Positions 37,191 through 48,139 of a DNA stretch of 64,000 nt are shown one piece after another (within the stretch, counting starts at the first letter, position 1; every line of letters begins with the position of its first letter). The translations under genes and the position numbers were made by a program. The stretch lies in contig JAFXIF010000053.1 of NCBI GenBank assembly GCA_017533325.1, forward strand, positions 56 through 64,055, read 5' to 3'. The notes under the pieces are model-generated. The model was not told the DNA's origin. It saw only the letters and a list, made by a program, of their open reading frames with translations, and ran no database searches. This DNA is from Alphaproteobacteria bacterium. GTDB lineage: Bacteria; Pseudomonadota; Alphaproteobacteria; CAAHEQ01; UBA3637.

Positions 37191-39806
37191 ATGAAAGAAA
37201 AGAAATTAACACCAATGATGGTGCAATATCTTGAGGTAAAAAAACAATATCCGGACTGTTTATTATTTTATCGTCTAGGTGATTTTTATGAGTTATTTTT
37301 TGAAGATGCAAAAACAGCGTCTTCTTTTTTAGGGTTGGTGCTTACAAGCCGAAATAAAAATGGTGACCAACAAGTTCCTATGTGTGGAATTCCTTTCCAT
37401 GCTTATCATAATTATTTGACTCGATTGGTTAAAGGTGGCTTTAAGGTTGCCATTTGTGAACAAACAGAAGATCCGGCTGAAGCAAAAAAAAGAAGCTCCA
37501 CAGCGATTGTTAACCGCGAAGTTGTTCGTATTGTTACTGCCGGAACTTTAATTGAAGATGATTTATTAGATGCCAAGAAAAATAACTTTTTAGCAACAAT
37601 TGTTGCCGGCTTTGAAGATTATGCCTTAGCTTGGGTTGATATGTCTACTGGCGCTTTTTACACTCAAACAGCTAAAAAAGAGGATGTTCACTCAATATTA
37701 TCTCGTATTGATGCTGCTGAAATTTTATTATCTGAAAACTTTTTTGAAGAAAATAAAAATGTTTTAAAAGAACAAGATGAAAGATATTCATTTCTTAAAT
37801 TTGAGAATTTTTCATTTATCAAAAGTCAAGACGAATTAAATTCTTTTTTTAAAAAACCGGACTTAAATGTTTTTGAGCGGCATGAAGTTATTGCTTGTGG
37901 TGTTTTATTATCTTATATTTTAAACTCATTAAAAGGTGCAAAACCTTCCTTAAGACTACCTGAAAAAACAGTTTCAACTAAATTTATGGAAATTGATGCT
38001 TCAACAAGACAAAGCCTTGAATTAACAACATCTCTTGCTAATAATAAAAACGAAACAAGTGTTTTAAAAACAATTGATTATACAAAAACCGCCATCGGGG
38101 CGCGCACATTAGCTGCTCAATTATCTACCCCTTTATTAGATAAAGATGAAATTAATAATCGGTTAGATAAGGTTGAATTTTTTATAGATAACCCAACTAT
38201 TCGCGAAAATGTTCACGATATCTTAAAAAAAATACCTGACATTGAACGTGGATTATCCAGAATTATGTTGGGGAACAGCGGTCCCAAAGAATTATTATCC
38301 ATTGCAAAAGGATTACAGCAAATTCCTCTGATTCGCTCGCAAATTTGTAAAGCTGAAATACCTAATGCACTTCAAAATGATTTATCTCATCTTAATGAAT
38401 ATTCGGAAATTGTAAAAGAAGTTATTTCTGCCATTAATGAAAAAGACGTTCCGCATTTAGCAAGAACCGGCGGTTTTATTAATAAAGGATATCATGCTCC
38501 GTTAGATGAACTTCTTGATTTGGAAGACAATACCAAATATAAAATGAGAGATTTACAATTAAAATATATTGAACAAACGGGTATTTCTAATTTAAAAATA
38601 TCATTCAATAATTTAATTGGTTATTATATTGAAGTTCCAACAAAATCAGCAGAAAATATGTTAAACGATAAATCGCTTGGATTTATTCACAAACAAACTA
38701 TGTTGAATGTAATCAGATTTACAACTGATGAATTAATTGAGTTTGAAAACAAGCTTATTCATGCAAAAGAAAGAACAATTGAATTAGAACTTGAAATATT
38801 TGATAAGTTAATACAATTAGTTTGCAACGAAAATGATAACTTGGTTCGAACCTGTATAGCAATTGCAAATATTGATATCGCTTGCTCCCATGCGGAATAT
38901 GCTTCAAAATACTCTTGTTGCAGACCGATATTAACAAATGACACCTCTTTTGAAATTAAAGCCGGTCGCCATCCTGTTGTTGAAAAAGCATTACAAAAAG
39001 AAAGAATTAGCTTTATTCCAAATGATTGTGAAATGAGCGAAGAGAAAGATCTTTTATGGATTTTAACCGGACCTAATATGGCAGGTAAAAGCACATTTTT
39101 AAGACAAAATGCCGTTATTGCAATTTTAGCACAAATTGGTATGTTTGTTCCTGCTGAAAGTGCAAAAATAGGAATTGTGGATAAACTTTATTCGCGTGTC
39201 GGGGCCAGTGATGATTTAGCCAGAGGACGATCAACTTTTATGGTAGAAATGGTTGAAGTTGCCAGTATTTTAAACGGTGCAACGGAACGTTCCTTAGTTA
39301 TTTTAGATGAAGTTGGGCGCGGAACGGCAACGTATGACGGGCTTTCAATTGCTTGGTCTGTTATTGAATATTTACATGACCACAACAAGTGCCGCTCACT
39401 TTTTGCAACACACTATCATGAATTAACCGCCCTTGCTAAAAGAATGGATAAAATCGCTTTATACACTATGAGAGTTAAGGAATGGCAAGGTGATATCGTT
39501 TTTCTCCATGAAATAGCAAAAGGAGCTTCTGACAGGTCTTATGGTATTCATGTTGGAAAATTAGCAGGATTACCGGATATAGTCATCAATAGAGCAGAAA
39601 ACATTTTAAATCAGTTAGAAGAAAAAAAACAAGATCAAAAACCTTTATTTGATGATTTACCCTTGTTTTCACAAACATTTAACCAAATATCTAAAGTAAA
39701 GGAATCTCCGGCTTTAACTGCTTTAAAATCGCTTGATTTAGATATGTTAACTCCAAGAGAGGCCTTAAATCAATTATATCAATTAAAAAAAATGACAGAG
39801 GAATAA
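37191..39806 (+). CDS. mutS: DNA mismatch repair protein MutS
   Basis: TPMMVQYLEVKKQYPDCLLFYRLGDFYELFFEDA, Walker A GPNMAGKST and DEVGRGT; 871 aa. Confidence 0.97.
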   Translation: MKEKKLTPMMVQYLEVKKQYPDCLLFYRLGDFYELFFEDAKTASSFLGLVLTSRNKNGDQQVPMCGIPFHAYHNYLTRLVKGGFKVAICEQTEDPAEAKKRSSTAIVNREVVRIVTAGTLIEDDLLDAKKNNFLATIVAGFEDYALAWVDMSTGAFYTQTAKKEDVHSILSRIDAAEILLSENFFEENKNVLKEQDERYSFLKFENFSFIKSQDELNSFFKKPDLNVFERHEVIACGVLLSYILNSLKGAKPSLRLPEKTVSTKFMEIDASTRQSLELTTSLANNKNETSVLKTIDYTKTAIGARTLAAQLSTPLLDKDEINNRLDKVEFFIDNPTIRENVHDILKKIPDIERGLSRIMLGNSGPKELLSIAKGLQQIPLIRSQICKAEIPNALQNDLSHLNEYSEIVKEVISAINEKDVPHLARTGGFINKGYHAPLDELLDLEDNTKYKMRDLQLKYIEQTGISNLKISFNNLIGYYIEVPTKSAENMLNDKSLGFIHKQTMLNVIRFTTDELIEFENKLIHAKERTIELELEIFDKLIQLVCNENDNLVRTCIAIANIDIACSHAEYASKYSCCRPILTNDTSFEIKAGRHPVVEKALQKERISFIPNDCEMSEEKDLLWILTGPNMAGKSTFLRQNAVIAILAQIGMFVPAESAKIGIVDKLYSRVGASDDLARGRSTFMVEMVEVASILNGATERSLVILDEVGRGTATYDGLSIAWSVIEYLHDHNKCRSLFATHYHELTALAKRMDKIALYTMRVKEWQGDIVFLHEIAKGASDRSYGIHVGKLAGLPDIVINRAENILNQLEEKKQDQKPLFDDLPLFSQTFNQISKVKESPALTALKSLDLDMLTPREALNQLYQLKKMTEE

Positions 39807-39809
39807 AAT

Positions 39810-40085
39810 ATGCCCCCATTTTTAGCCAATCTTATTGCCGCTTTATTTGTATCAGGATACAGCATATTTACGTTTATTTTATTTATATTATTTTTTATTT
39901 TTATGCTTTATTTTGCCGCTTATATCGCACTGCCCTTACTTGTTGTTTGTTTGGTTATTTATCTTATTAAACGTTCAGGAAAAGTTTTTTCTTTAAAAAT
40001 AACCCCCGAAATAAATATTAAGAAAAAACCTCATAAAAGCAAAAAAGAAAATATTATTGATGTTGAATATACTGAAATAAAATAA
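39810..40085 (+). CDS. Small hypothetical membrane protein
   Basis: 91 aa: two hydrophobic segments followed by a basic tail. Confidence 0.4.
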   Translation: MPPFLANLIAALFVSGYSIFTFILFILFFIFMLYFAAYIALPLLVVCLVIYLIKRSGKVFSLKITPEINIKKKPHKSKKENIIDVEYTEIK

Positions 40086-40193
40086 TTTTATACCCAAGTA
40101 TCTTTGGTATAGCACATTGTTTTTATTTTATTTTTCTCTTGAAATAACAAAAAAACAAAATTATTTGTTTGATGTTTAAAAAAGGAGAAAAAA

Positions 40194-40403
40194 ATGAATA
40201 TAGTTATTAAAATATTAGCAATTATTTGCCTTATCGGTGCATTAAATTGGGGTTTAATAGGTATTTTCGGATTTGATTTGGTAGCAGCAATTTTTGGCCC
40301 AATGAGTTTATTATCCAGACTTGTTTATTCTCTTGTCGGATTAAGTGCCATCTTATTGGTTGTTTTATCAATTCGAGAAAACAAATTATTATCCTTAAAT
40401 TAA
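40194..40403 (+). CDS. DUF378-like small membrane protein
   Basis: 69 aa. ALNWGLIGIFGFDLVAAIFG is typical of DUF378, and GGAG lies upstream. Confidence 0.55.
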   Translation: MNIVIKILAIICLIGALNWGLIGIFGFDLVAAIFGPMSLLSRLVYSLVGLSAILLVVLSIRENKLLSLN

Positions 40404-40415
40404 TATATCATCTTA

Positions 40416-40450
40416 CAAAAAATCCCTTGAAAAAATTCAAGGGATTTTTC
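40416..40450. terminator. Bidirectional terminator between the DUF378 gene and virB4
   Basis: ATCCCTTGAA-AAAA-TTCAAGGGAT followed by a T-run. Confidence 0.65.
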
Positions 40451-40452
40451 TT

Positions 40453-42897
40453 TTATGCCTGCTCTAAATAAGCTTGAACCAATGCATCAGTATCTTGAAT
40501 TTGTTTAGCTAACCGCTCTGCTAAAATAACACTCTTATTCCCTGAGGAATATATCTTTAAAAGCGGTCCCAATCCACTTAAATCAACATCAAGGATAACA
40601 GATTCATGGATTGCTGGTCTTGAAACCAAAATAGCATATTTTCTTTCAGCAAACTCTTTACCCATAATAAAATTCATTTCTCTTGGCGTTAAATTCCATG
40701 TTGCATAATCTGATGGATTTGCTTGTGGATTTCTAAAGAAAATAACTGTTTGACATTGACCTCTAATAACATCGCCGAGTCCATTATCATCTAAAAATCT
40801 TGGTTGCTGGAAGGCACATAAATAAGCTTGACGTTTTTTACGTCCTTCACGAAGCCCAACGATAAAGCTATCTTTAAACATTGGATGTTCAAGCATAGGA
40901 GCCGTTTCATCAATCATAATTAAACTTGGTGTTCCCATAACGGTTGAAAGAGTTTGAATTCGATACATAACATAACTGATAACTGCAGGCGCCAATACAC
41001 TATCTTGGAAAATAGTTGTAAAATCAAATGCCATATATCTGCTTGATAAATCAAGATTATCTGTTAACGAGTTAAAAACACGTCCATATTGATCATCATT
41101 TACCCATCTAAAGAGTTCTCTTCGCATAAACCCATTTGGAGCAAAACAACTTTTATAAAGGTTTTTAAGCAATCTTTCATCCGGTTTTAAATATTCAAAT
41201 GCTGTTGTAACCGCTCTTGCTATTTCTTGTTCAGAAACAGCGTCTATTCCACCGGTAATATCACGCATCCATGTTCTTAAAAAAGCTCTTGTGTCTGCTG
41301 AATCAGGCACAGCAAACGGATTTAACGAAACAGATTCTTCACCACCATCAAAACGAACATAAGGAGCTCCTTGCATTAATGCAAAAACCTTAGCACCATT
41401 ATTACGATCAAAGAAATATGTTCTTAAATCAGGGATACGCATAGACTGACCGGCTAAGAATGAAAATAAAGTTGTTTTACCCTGACCTGTTGGCCCAATT
41501 AAAACAGTATGAGCAACAGCATAAGGTTCTTCAGAAACGTGAAATTGAAATGCATAGGCTGTTCCTGAAATTGTTCTGAAATAAGAAAGCGGCACAGGAC
41601 CCCAGTCTGATTTTTGACGCCCTTCAGCTGTTTTATCAATACAAATAGCGCAAGCCACCACTCGAGACAAATATAAAAACGTTCTCGGATAAATATCATA
41701 AGTTGGGAATTGGGCAAAAAATGTTGCTTGAGAAGCCCAACCTTCTCGAACTGGTGTTACATTATATAAACGACAAATTTTTTCAATTTCCTCTTGCCCG
41801 AATTTTAATTCATTTTTAGAATATCCATAAACAAAAATAGTCATAGCATATTCATTTAAAGTTTGCCCATCAGCATCTGATTGATCCATCCATTCCAGAG
41901 CCGTATTATACTGGGCCATCACGTTTGTTGAGAATGTTGTCAACCAAGCCATTCTTCGTTGTTGCATTAAAAGCATATTTGCCTTAACCATTGGAATTGC
42001 TTTGATATTATGAGTTAAAGTAACTTCACAATCAATGCTTAAAATATCAGCAATCATTTGCTCATCCATAAAATCCCCAGGCTTTCTGATACCGATACAA
42101 AGAGCATATTTTTCAATATCACCTGAAAAGAATTTTATAATGCCTTCATCTTTTGTAAAATGAATATAATCTGCGGTTAATAAAGCATTTAAAGATTCGC
42201 CTTCTTCCAATCCGATTCTTGGTTGTGGAACAGAAAGAGGACTTGCTAACTGTGAAAAAAGCCAAAAAGGACTTTTATCTTTATGCTTCATTGGTGTTTT
42301 TTCAGAAATAAGAACCGGTTGATATGCATCCAAAATTGAAGTCAAAGCAATTGTTGCTTGTTGCAAATCATCTAATGCTGTTTTTCTGTCATTTACAGAT
42401 AAAACAATATAGTGTTTATTCCTAAACACTCGACTCATACTTTCAGACCATTTTAAAGAAACTTGACGCAATAATTTTGAATCTTTATGTTCACCTTCTT
42501 CACCTAAAACAATTCTTTCCCTGATTGTAATAACACGAGAAACAACTTCTAAAGATGCCATTGAATCAACCCACTGTTTACGGGCATTCATTAATGCAAA
42601 TCTTTCAGAAGCTGTTAATAAAGTTGTGTCAGCTCCCGTTATTTCAAATACACGCGCAAGAGAACCATTTCTTAAATGAATGGTTGCTCCATCTTCATCT
42701 AACCGACTAAAAGGCAAAAAATCAGAAACTCTTGTTTCTTTTGGTTTGGGCAAAATCATGTCTCCCAATTTTGTTACAAAGACAGACATGATAAACATTG
42801 CTGCAATAACACCAATCACTGCAACAAGTGTTGAAAAAGAGGAAGCCCCCTGTGCCAAAAAATCAAATACATTCATATCAAATTGAATATTATTCAT
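40453..42897 (-). CDS. virB4: Type IV secretion system ATPase VirB4
   Basis: 814 aa with Walker A GPTGQGKTT and Walker B-like LIMIDET; directly downstream of virB3. Confidence 0.88.
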   Translation of the reverse strand: MNNIQFDMNVFDFLAQGASSFSTLVAVIGVIAAMFIMSVFVTKLGDMILPKPKETRVSDFLPFSRLDEDGATIHLRNGSLARVFEITGADTTLLTASERFALMNARKQWVDSMASLEVVSRVITIRERIVLGEEGEHKDSKLLRQVSLKWSESMSRVFRNKHYIVLSVNDRKTALDDLQQATIALTSILDAYQPVLISEKTPMKHKDKSPFWLFSQLASPLSVPQPRIGLEEGESLNALLTADYIHFTKDEGIIKFFSGDIEKYALCIGIRKPGDFMDEQMIADILSIDCEVTLTHNIKAIPMVKANMLLMQQRRMAWLTTFSTNVMAQYNTALEWMDQSDADGQTLNEYAMTIFVYGYSKNELKFGQEEIEKICRLYNVTPVREGWASQATFFAQFPTYDIYPRTFLYLSRVVACAICIDKTAEGRQKSDWGPVPLSYFRTISGTAYAFQFHVSEEPYAVAHTVLIGPTGQGKTTLFSFLAGQSMRIPDLRTYFFDRNNGAKVFALMQGAPYVRFDGGEESVSLNPFAVPDSADTRAFLRTWMRDITGGIDAVSEQEIARAVTTAFEYLKPDERLLKNLYKSCFAPNGFMRRELFRWVNDDQYGRVFNSLTDNLDLSSRYMAFDFTTIFQDSVLAPAVISYVMYRIQTLSTVMGTPSLIMIDETAPMLEHPMFKDSFIVGLREGRKKRQAYLCAFQQPRFLDDNGLGDVIRGQCQTVIFFRNPQANPSDYATWNLTPREMNFIMGKEFAERKYAILVSRPAIHESVILDVDLSGLGPLLKIYSSGNKSVILAERLAKQIQDTDALVQAYLEQA

Positions 42898-42909
42898 GTT
42901 TTAAGTTCC

Positions 42910-43200
42910 TTATGGAGCAAGTTTGTTTCCTTTATCAGGATAAATATTTTTTGAAGGTGTGGCCATTGGCCCATACGTTAACATCATTTTGGATAAATGT
43001 GGTTCTTTAAAAGAATAGGCGGCAATTAAAATATGAGCTAATCCGATTGTTACAATAAAATAAAGCGGGCTTATATCAAAAGCTGTGATGCAAACAAATA
43101 AAATACCAGCTTGAATGGCAAAATTTACAATTGCCGGATACATGGGTGCCCAAAACACTCGTGGTGGCATAGCAACAGCTTTTAAAACCGGTTCTTTCAT
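42910..43200 (-). CDS. virB3: Type IV secretion system protein VirB3
   Basis: 96 aa with two TM segments, located immediately upstream of virB4. Confidence 0.7.
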   Translation of the reverse strand: MKEPVLKAVAMPPRVFWAPMYPAIVNFAIQAGILFVCITAFDISPLYFIVTIGLAHILIAAYSFKEPHLSKMMLTYGPMATPSKNIYPDKGNKLAP

Positions 43201-43461
43201 ATTCTTGTCCCCTTTAAAATAAACCCTTTTTCTTTATTATATACTATGAAAAAAATAAATAACAGAAAAAAATAACTTTTTTATAAAAAATTCATTGATT
43301 AAGATTTATTTTTTCTTTTTCTTCAAAAAAAGGAAAAAATACTCATTATCATTAAAATTCACTGGATTTCTTATATTTTTCTTGACTTTTTCGCAAAAAA
43401 AAGTCATCGTAAACAACGTAAAAATTCAACAAGTTAAACAATTTTAAAGAGAGTTAAAAAA

Positions 43462-43749
43462 ATGAGTTTTAACGAAAAAACAATTAAAAATATTGCAACA
43501 TTGGCAAGATTAAAATTTCCTGCCGATCAAGAAGAAAAATTTACAGCGGATATTAACAGCATTTTAAATTGGGTTGAAGAATTAAAAGAAGTTAATGTTG
43601 ATGGTGTTGAACCATTAATCAGTGTATCTCTTCAAGAACCTGTTTTAAGAAAAGATGAAGTCACCACTGGTGATTTACAAAAAGAATTATTGATGAACGC
43701 TCCTGACGCCAGTCATGGGTTTTATGCTGTTCCTAAAATGGTGGAGTAA
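43462..43749 (+). CDS. gatC: Asp/Glu-tRNA amidotransferase subunit C
   Basis: 95 aa. IATLARLKF...[19 protein letters not shown]. Confidence 0.9.
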   Translation: MSFNEKTIKNIATLARLKFPADQEEKFTADINSILNWVEELKEVNVDGVEPLISVSLQEPVLRKDEVTTGDLQKELLMNAPDASHGFYAVPKMVE

Positions 43750-43754
43750 TTTTT

Positions 43755-45239
43755 ATGACAACGAATTTAACAGATTTACATATCAGTGAAGCAATTTCAC
43801 TTCTTGAAAAAAAAGAAATTTCTTCTGTTGAACTTACAAAAGCTCATTTGGAAGAAATGGAAAAAGCAAGAGTTTTAAATGCTTACATCACAGAAACGCC
43901 AGAATTAGCTTTAGAGCAAGCTCAAGAAAGTGATAAAAAAAGAATTAATGGTGAAAAAATCGGCCGTTTGGAAGGTATTCCAATTGCAAATAAAGATTTA
44001 TATTGCACAAAAGGAGTTAAAACTACCGCCGCTTCTAAAATTTTATCCAATTTTCTTCCACCTTATGAATCAACCGTCACCCAAAAATTAAAAGATGCCG
44101 GAACTATTATGCTTGGAAAGGTAAACACTGACCAATTCGCCATGGGTGGTTCTACTATGACAAGTTATTTTGGCGTAACAAAAAATCCATGGGCAGATGA
44201 AAATGGTGAATATAATTTAGTCCCTGGCGGTTCTTCAGGTGGATCAGCTGCTGCTGTAAGTGCGGGTCTTTGCATGGGTGCAACAGGATCGGATACCGGT
44301 GGCTCCATTCGTCAACCGGCTTCATTTTGTGGTATTACAGGGATAAAACCAACATACGGCAGATGTTCTCGTTATGGAATTGTTGCTTTTGCCTCTTCAT
44401 TAGATCAAGCCGGCCCAATGGCCCGTTCTGTCGAAGATTGCGCTTTATTATTACGCGAAATGGCTGGACATGATGAAAAAGATTCAACAGTTGTTAATAC
44501 TCCGGTTCCTGATTATACTTTGGCTTTAACAGGAGATATTAAAGGCAAAAAAATCGGTATTCCAAAAGAATATCGTTCAAAAGATTTAAATCCTGAAATT
44601 GCTCAAGCTTGGGATAAGGGTATTGAATTACTTAAAAATGCCGGCGCTGAAATTGTTGAAATTTCATTACCTCACACAAAATATGCTTTACCTGTTTATT
44701 ATATTATTGCTTGTGCAGAAGCTTCTTCAAACTTAGCCAGATATGACGGGGTTCGCTACACAACAAGAGTTGAAGGTAACTCATTGGATGAAATGTATGA
44801 AAACACAAGAACGGATGGTTTTGGGCCAGAAGTTATCCGCCGTATTTTATTAGGAACATTTGTTCTCTCAGCCGGTTTCTATGATGCTTATTATACAAGA
44901 GCTCAACGCGTTCGTAGACTCATTTATAACGATTTTATCAGTGCTTTTGAAAAAGTTGATGCGATTTTGGCTCCGGCCGCTCCAACAACCGCTCTTTCTT
45001 ATGAAGCTATGCAAAATATGAGTCCGGTTGACACATATTTAGGAGATGTATTTACCACTCCGGCTTCTTTAGCTGGTGTTCCTTCTTTAGCTTTACCAAT
45101 TACGATTGCTCAAAACGGTCTTCCAATCGGATTGCAAGTGATTGGTAAACATTTTGATGAAAATACAGTATTCCAAGTTTCAGGTGTTCTTGAATCTTTG
45201 GCTGGATTTGATAAAAAACCACACCATGTGAAAGGATAA
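43755..45239 (+). CDS. gatA: Asp/Glu-tRNA amidotransferase subunit A
   Basis: Amidase signature [14 protein letters not shown]...[12 protein letters not shown]. Confidence 0.95.
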   Translation: MTTNLTDLHISEAISLLEKKEISSVELTKAHLEEMEKARVLNAYITETPELALEQAQESDKKRINGEKIGRLEGIPIANKDLYCTKGVKTTAASKILSNFLPPYESTVTQKLKDAGTIMLGKVNTDQFAMGGSTMTSYFGVTKNPWADENGEYNLVPGGSSGGSAAAVSAGLCMGATGSDTGGSIRQPASFCGITGIKPTYGRCSRYGIVAFASSLDQAGPMARSVEDCALLLREMAGHDEKDSTVVNTPVPDYTLALTGDIKGKKIGIPKEYRSKDLNPEIAQAWDKGIELLKNAGAEIVEISLPHTKYALPVYYIIACAEASSNLARYDGVRYTTRVEGNSLDEMYENTRTDGFGPEVIRRILLGTFVLSAGFYDAYYTRAQRVRRLIYNDFISAFEKVDAILAPAAPTTALSYEAMQNMSPVDTYLGDVFTTPASLAGVPSLALPITIAQNGLPIGLQVIGKHFDENTVFQVSGVLESLAGFDKKPHHVKG

Positions 45240-45243
45240 CAAA

Positions 45244-46701
45244 ATGACATATACAATTAAAGGAAAAACAGGTGAGTGGGAAATCGTTGTAGGTCTTGAA
45301 GTTCACTGTCAAATCATTTCAAATTCAAAAGTATTTTCAGGCGCTTCAGCAAAATTTGGTGCAAATCCAAATGCAAATGTTTCATTTGTTGATGCCGCTT
45401 TTCCAGGGATGTTACCTGTCGTAAATGAAAAATGTATTGAACAATGTGTTAAAACCGGTATGGGACTTAATGCAGTTATCAATAAATATTCTCGTTTTGA
45501 CAGAAAAAATTATTTCTATGCTGATTTACCACAAGGATATCAAATCAGCCAATTATATTACCCGATTGTTGGTGAAGGATATATTGAAGTTACAACTGAT
45601 GATGGAACAAAAAAGATTGGTGTGGAACGGTTACACTTAGAACAAGATGCAGCAAAATCAATTCACGATATGAATCCCAGTAAATCATATATTGATTTAA
45701 ACAGATCTGGTGTAGGATTAATGGAAATCGTTTCAAAACCGGATATCAGAACACCTCAAGAAGCTGGCGAATATTTACGCCAACTCAGAGCCATTGTTCG
45801 CGCACTTGAAACTTGTGATGGTAACATGGATGAAGGCTCTATGAGATGTGATGTTAATATTTCTGTTCGACCGGTCGGCTCAACCGAACTTCGTCAGCGT
45901 GTTGAAGTTAAAAACGTCAATTCAGTTCGTTTCGTAATGCAAGCAATCGAGATTGAGGCGCAAAGACAGGTGGATTTATACGAAGATGGAAAAACATTTT
46001 CGCAAGAGACGCGATTATTTGACTCTGTAAACATGGAAACACGCTCTATGAGATCAAAGGAAAACGCTAATGATTACAGATATTTCCCTGATCCAGATTT
46101 ACTTCCGGTGATACTGACTGATGAATATATTGAAAATATTAGACAAAACCTCCCAGAACTGCCAGAAGCCAAGAAAAAGCGCTATATTGAGGTTTTAGGA
46201 CTTCCTGCGTATGATGCTGGTATTTTAGTAAGTGATAAAGAAACATCTTTATACTTTGAAACAGCCAGTGAAAATCAAGATGCTAAAAAAGTGGCAAATT
46301 GGATTATGGGTGATTTATTTGCATATTTAAATAAATCAGGCTTAACAATTTCTGAAAGTCCTGTTTCTGCAAAAAATCTTGGTGCATTAGTCGGATTAAT
46401 TAATGATGGAACAATTTCAGGTAAGATCGCTAAAGAGGTTTTTGAAATTATGACAGAAACCGGAAAAGATCCTTCCGTAATTGTTGAAGAGAAAGGATTA
46501 AAACAAGTATCTGATACAGGCGCTATTGAAGCATTGATTTCAGATATTTTAAATGCAAATCAAGATAAAGTTGCTGAAATTAAAGCTGGTAAAGACAAAT
46601 TAAAAGGTTGGTTTGTTGGCCAAATTATGAAAGCTTCTCAAGGCAAGGTTAATCCAGCTCTTGCAAATCAATTGTTGGATAAGAAACTTTCAGAACAATA
46701 A
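45244..46701 (+). CDS. gatB: Asp/Glu-tRNA amidotransferase subunit B
   Basis: [13 protein letters not shown]..., [19 protein letters not shown], and a C-terminal GatB/YqeY domain. Confidence 0.95.
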   Translation: MTYTIKGKTGEWEIVVGLEVHCQIISNSKVFSGASAKFGANPNANVSFVDAAFPGMLPVVNEKCIEQCVKTGMGLNAVINKYSRFDRKNYFYADLPQGYQISQLYYPIVGEGYIEVTTDDGTKKIGVERLHLEQDAAKSIHDMNPSKSYIDLNRSGVGLMEIVSKPDIRTPQEAGEYLRQLRAIVRALETCDGNMDEGSMRCDVNISVRPVGSTELRQRVEVKNVNSVRFVMQAIEIEAQRQVDLYEDGKTFSQETRLFDSVNMETRSMRSKENANDYRYFPDPDLLPVILTDEYIENIRQNLPELPEAKKKRYIEVLGLPAYDAGILVSDKETSLYFETASENQDAKKVANWIMGDLFAYLNKSGLTISESPVSAKNLGALVGLINDGTISGKIAKEVFEIMTETGKDPSVIVEEKGLKQVSDTGAIEALISDILNANQDKVAEIKAGKDKLKGWFVGQIMKASQGKVNPALANQLLDKKLSEQ

Positions 46702-46703
46702 AT

Positions 46704-46719
46704 TGTTTCACGTGAAACA
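46704..46719. promoter_or_regulatory. parS site 1 (perfect)
   Basis: TGTTTCACGTGAAACA, 3 nt after the gatB stop codon. Confidence 0.8.
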
Positions 46720-46720
46720 T

Positions 46721-46752
46721 AAAAAAAGAGCGATTATATCGCTCTTTTTTTT
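46721..46752. terminator. Intrinsic terminator of gatB
   Basis: AGAGCGAT-TAT-ATCGCTCT (46727-46745) with an A-run and a T-run. Confidence 0.7.
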
Positions 46753-46871
46753 ATAATGAAGAAATAAATCGTCTTTATCTATACAACAAAGATAATACTA
46801 TATATAAAATGTTAATATATTTATAATATCTATTATATAAAAATATATTATTTAATCATATTCAAAACAAA

Positions 46872-46887
46872 TGTTTCACGTGAAACA
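46872..46887. promoter_or_regulatory. parS site 2 (perfect; core of a 32-bp palindrome, 46864-46895)
   Basis: AAAACAAA-TGTTTCACGTGAAACA-TTTGTTTT. Confidence 0.8.
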
Positions 46888-46990
46888 TTTGTTTTATTTA
46901 TTGAAAGTAAGATATATTATATTTAATATTATCTATTATAAAAAAGAGAATTTTAATTTAAAATTATCATTCTTTACATCCTTCATGTAA

Positions 46991-47006
46991 TGTTTCACGT
47001 GAAACA
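46991..47006. promoter_or_regulatory. parS site 3 (perfect; 24-bp palindrome, 46987-47010)
   Basis: GTAA-TGTTTCACGTGAAACA-TTAC. Confidence 0.8.
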
Positions 47007-47095
47007 TTACTCATCTTATCAAACAATATAAATAAAAAAAATAAATACTTTTTCGTTCTATGAGATTTAATTCCAATCTTCTATAATGATAAATA

Positions 47096-47111
47096 TGTTT
47101 CACGTGAAACA
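47096..47111. promoter_or_regulatory. parS site 4 (perfect)
   Basis: ATGTTTCACGTGAAACAT. Confidence 0.8.
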
Positions 47112-47245
47112 TGAATATAATACCAAAAAACTATCTATTTTATTATCATATAAAATAGATTAAAAAAGACAATATTTCAAAAACATAAAATTAAAGAGAA
47201 TATTTTAATCTTTTGTATATTTTAAAATAATATAAAAAATAATAA

Positions 47246-47261
47246 TGTTTCACGTGAAACA
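47246..47261. promoter_or_regulatory. parS site 5 (perfect; 24-bp palindrome, 47242-47265)
   Basis: ATAA-TGTTTCACGTGAAACA-TTAT. Confidence 0.8.
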
Positions 47262-47390
47262 TTATATAGACATATTAAAAAATAATGTATATTTATATAA
47301 CATTATTTTTTCACACAAACCTGGTAATAAATTATTTAATTTTAATAAAAGGACTATTCATTAAAAAACTATTTTATCTTATTATAAACA

Positions 47391-47406
47391 TGTTTCACGT
47401 GAAACA
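47391..47406. promoter_or_regulatory. parS site 6 (perfect)
   Basis: ATGTTTCACGTGAAACAT. Confidence 0.8.
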
Positions 47407-47571
47407 TATTTATAAATTTTATTTAACTTAATTTGTTTTTACATCAGAGTTAAAAATACAAACTCTTATTCATCAATTGATCTGTTTTTATAAAAATTAC
47501 CAGATTTTAAATTAATTTAATACTGAAACAAATTATTATATATAAGTAAAATCTTAAGTAACCCTATATAA

Positions 47572-47587
47572 TGTTTCACGTGAAAAA
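47572..47587. promoter_or_regulatory. parS site 7 (1 mismatch: TGTTTCACGTGAAAAA; flanks palindromic across 47564-47595)
   Basis: CTATATAA-TGTTTCACGTGAAAAA-TTATATAG. Confidence 0.6.
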
Positions 47588-47698
47588 TTATATAGATTAT
47601 CCATATAAATAAATATATTTATGTTATTAAATAATCCCTATTCGATTTTATAATAAAAAAATAAAACTATTTACAATTATTTTCTATATTCACAACAT

Positions 47699-47714
47699 TG
47701 TTTCACGTGAAACA
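47699..47714. promoter_or_regulatory. parS site 8 (perfect; 24-bp palindrome, 47695-47718)
   Basis: ACAT-TGTTTCACGTGAAACA-ATGT. Confidence 0.8.
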
Positions 47715-47800
47715 ATGTAAAATATAAATCAAGGAAAAATTTTATTACATTATAATAAAATATATTTCAAATAAATTCATTTTATCCAGTTAAAATGAAA

Positions 47801-47816
47801 TGTTTCACGTGAAACA
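47801..47816. promoter_or_regulatory. parS site 9 (perfect; 32-bp palindrome, 47793-47824)
   Basis: AAATGAAA-TGTTTCACGTGAAACA-TTTCATTT. Confidence 0.8.
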
Positions 47817-47923
47817 TTTCATTTATTTCTTTATCTGGTAAAAAAAAGACACCCCATATTTAATATTATTTATAAAAAAAGAACTTTAATTAAAAATTAT
47901 CATTCTTTACATCCTTTATGTAA

Positions 47924-47939
47924 TGTTTCACGTGAAACA
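47924..47939. promoter_or_regulatory. parS site 10 (perfect; 24-bp palindrome, 47920-47943)
   Basis: GTAA-TGTTTCACGTGAAACA-TTAC. Confidence 0.8.
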
Positions 47940-48027
47940 TTACTCATCTTATCAAAGAATATAAATAAAAAAATAAATACTTTTTCGTTCTATAAGATTT
48001 AATTCAAATCTTCTATATTGATAAATA

Positions 48028-48043
48028 TGTTTCACGTGAAACA
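48028..48043. promoter_or_regulatory. parS site 11 (perfect)
   Basis: ATGTTTCACGTGAAACAT. Confidence 0.8.
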
Positions 48044-48139
48044 TATTTATATAAAAAAAATCAAGCACCCTACTCTGTTTTATCTTATTTTTATAATATC
48101 TTTTTAATTTAATTGATTAAAAAATTTTATATTCCATAA

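Larger units (their letters stand above)
46919..47112 (+). repeat. Direct repeat copy 1 (about 194 bp, contains parS 3 and 4)
   Basis: About 90% identical by eye to 47856-48044. Confidence 0.75.
47856..48044 (+). repeat. Direct repeat copy 2 (about 189 bp, contains parS 10 and 11)
   Basis: Aligns with 46919-47112 with a few substitutions and 1-nt indels. Confidence 0.75.
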
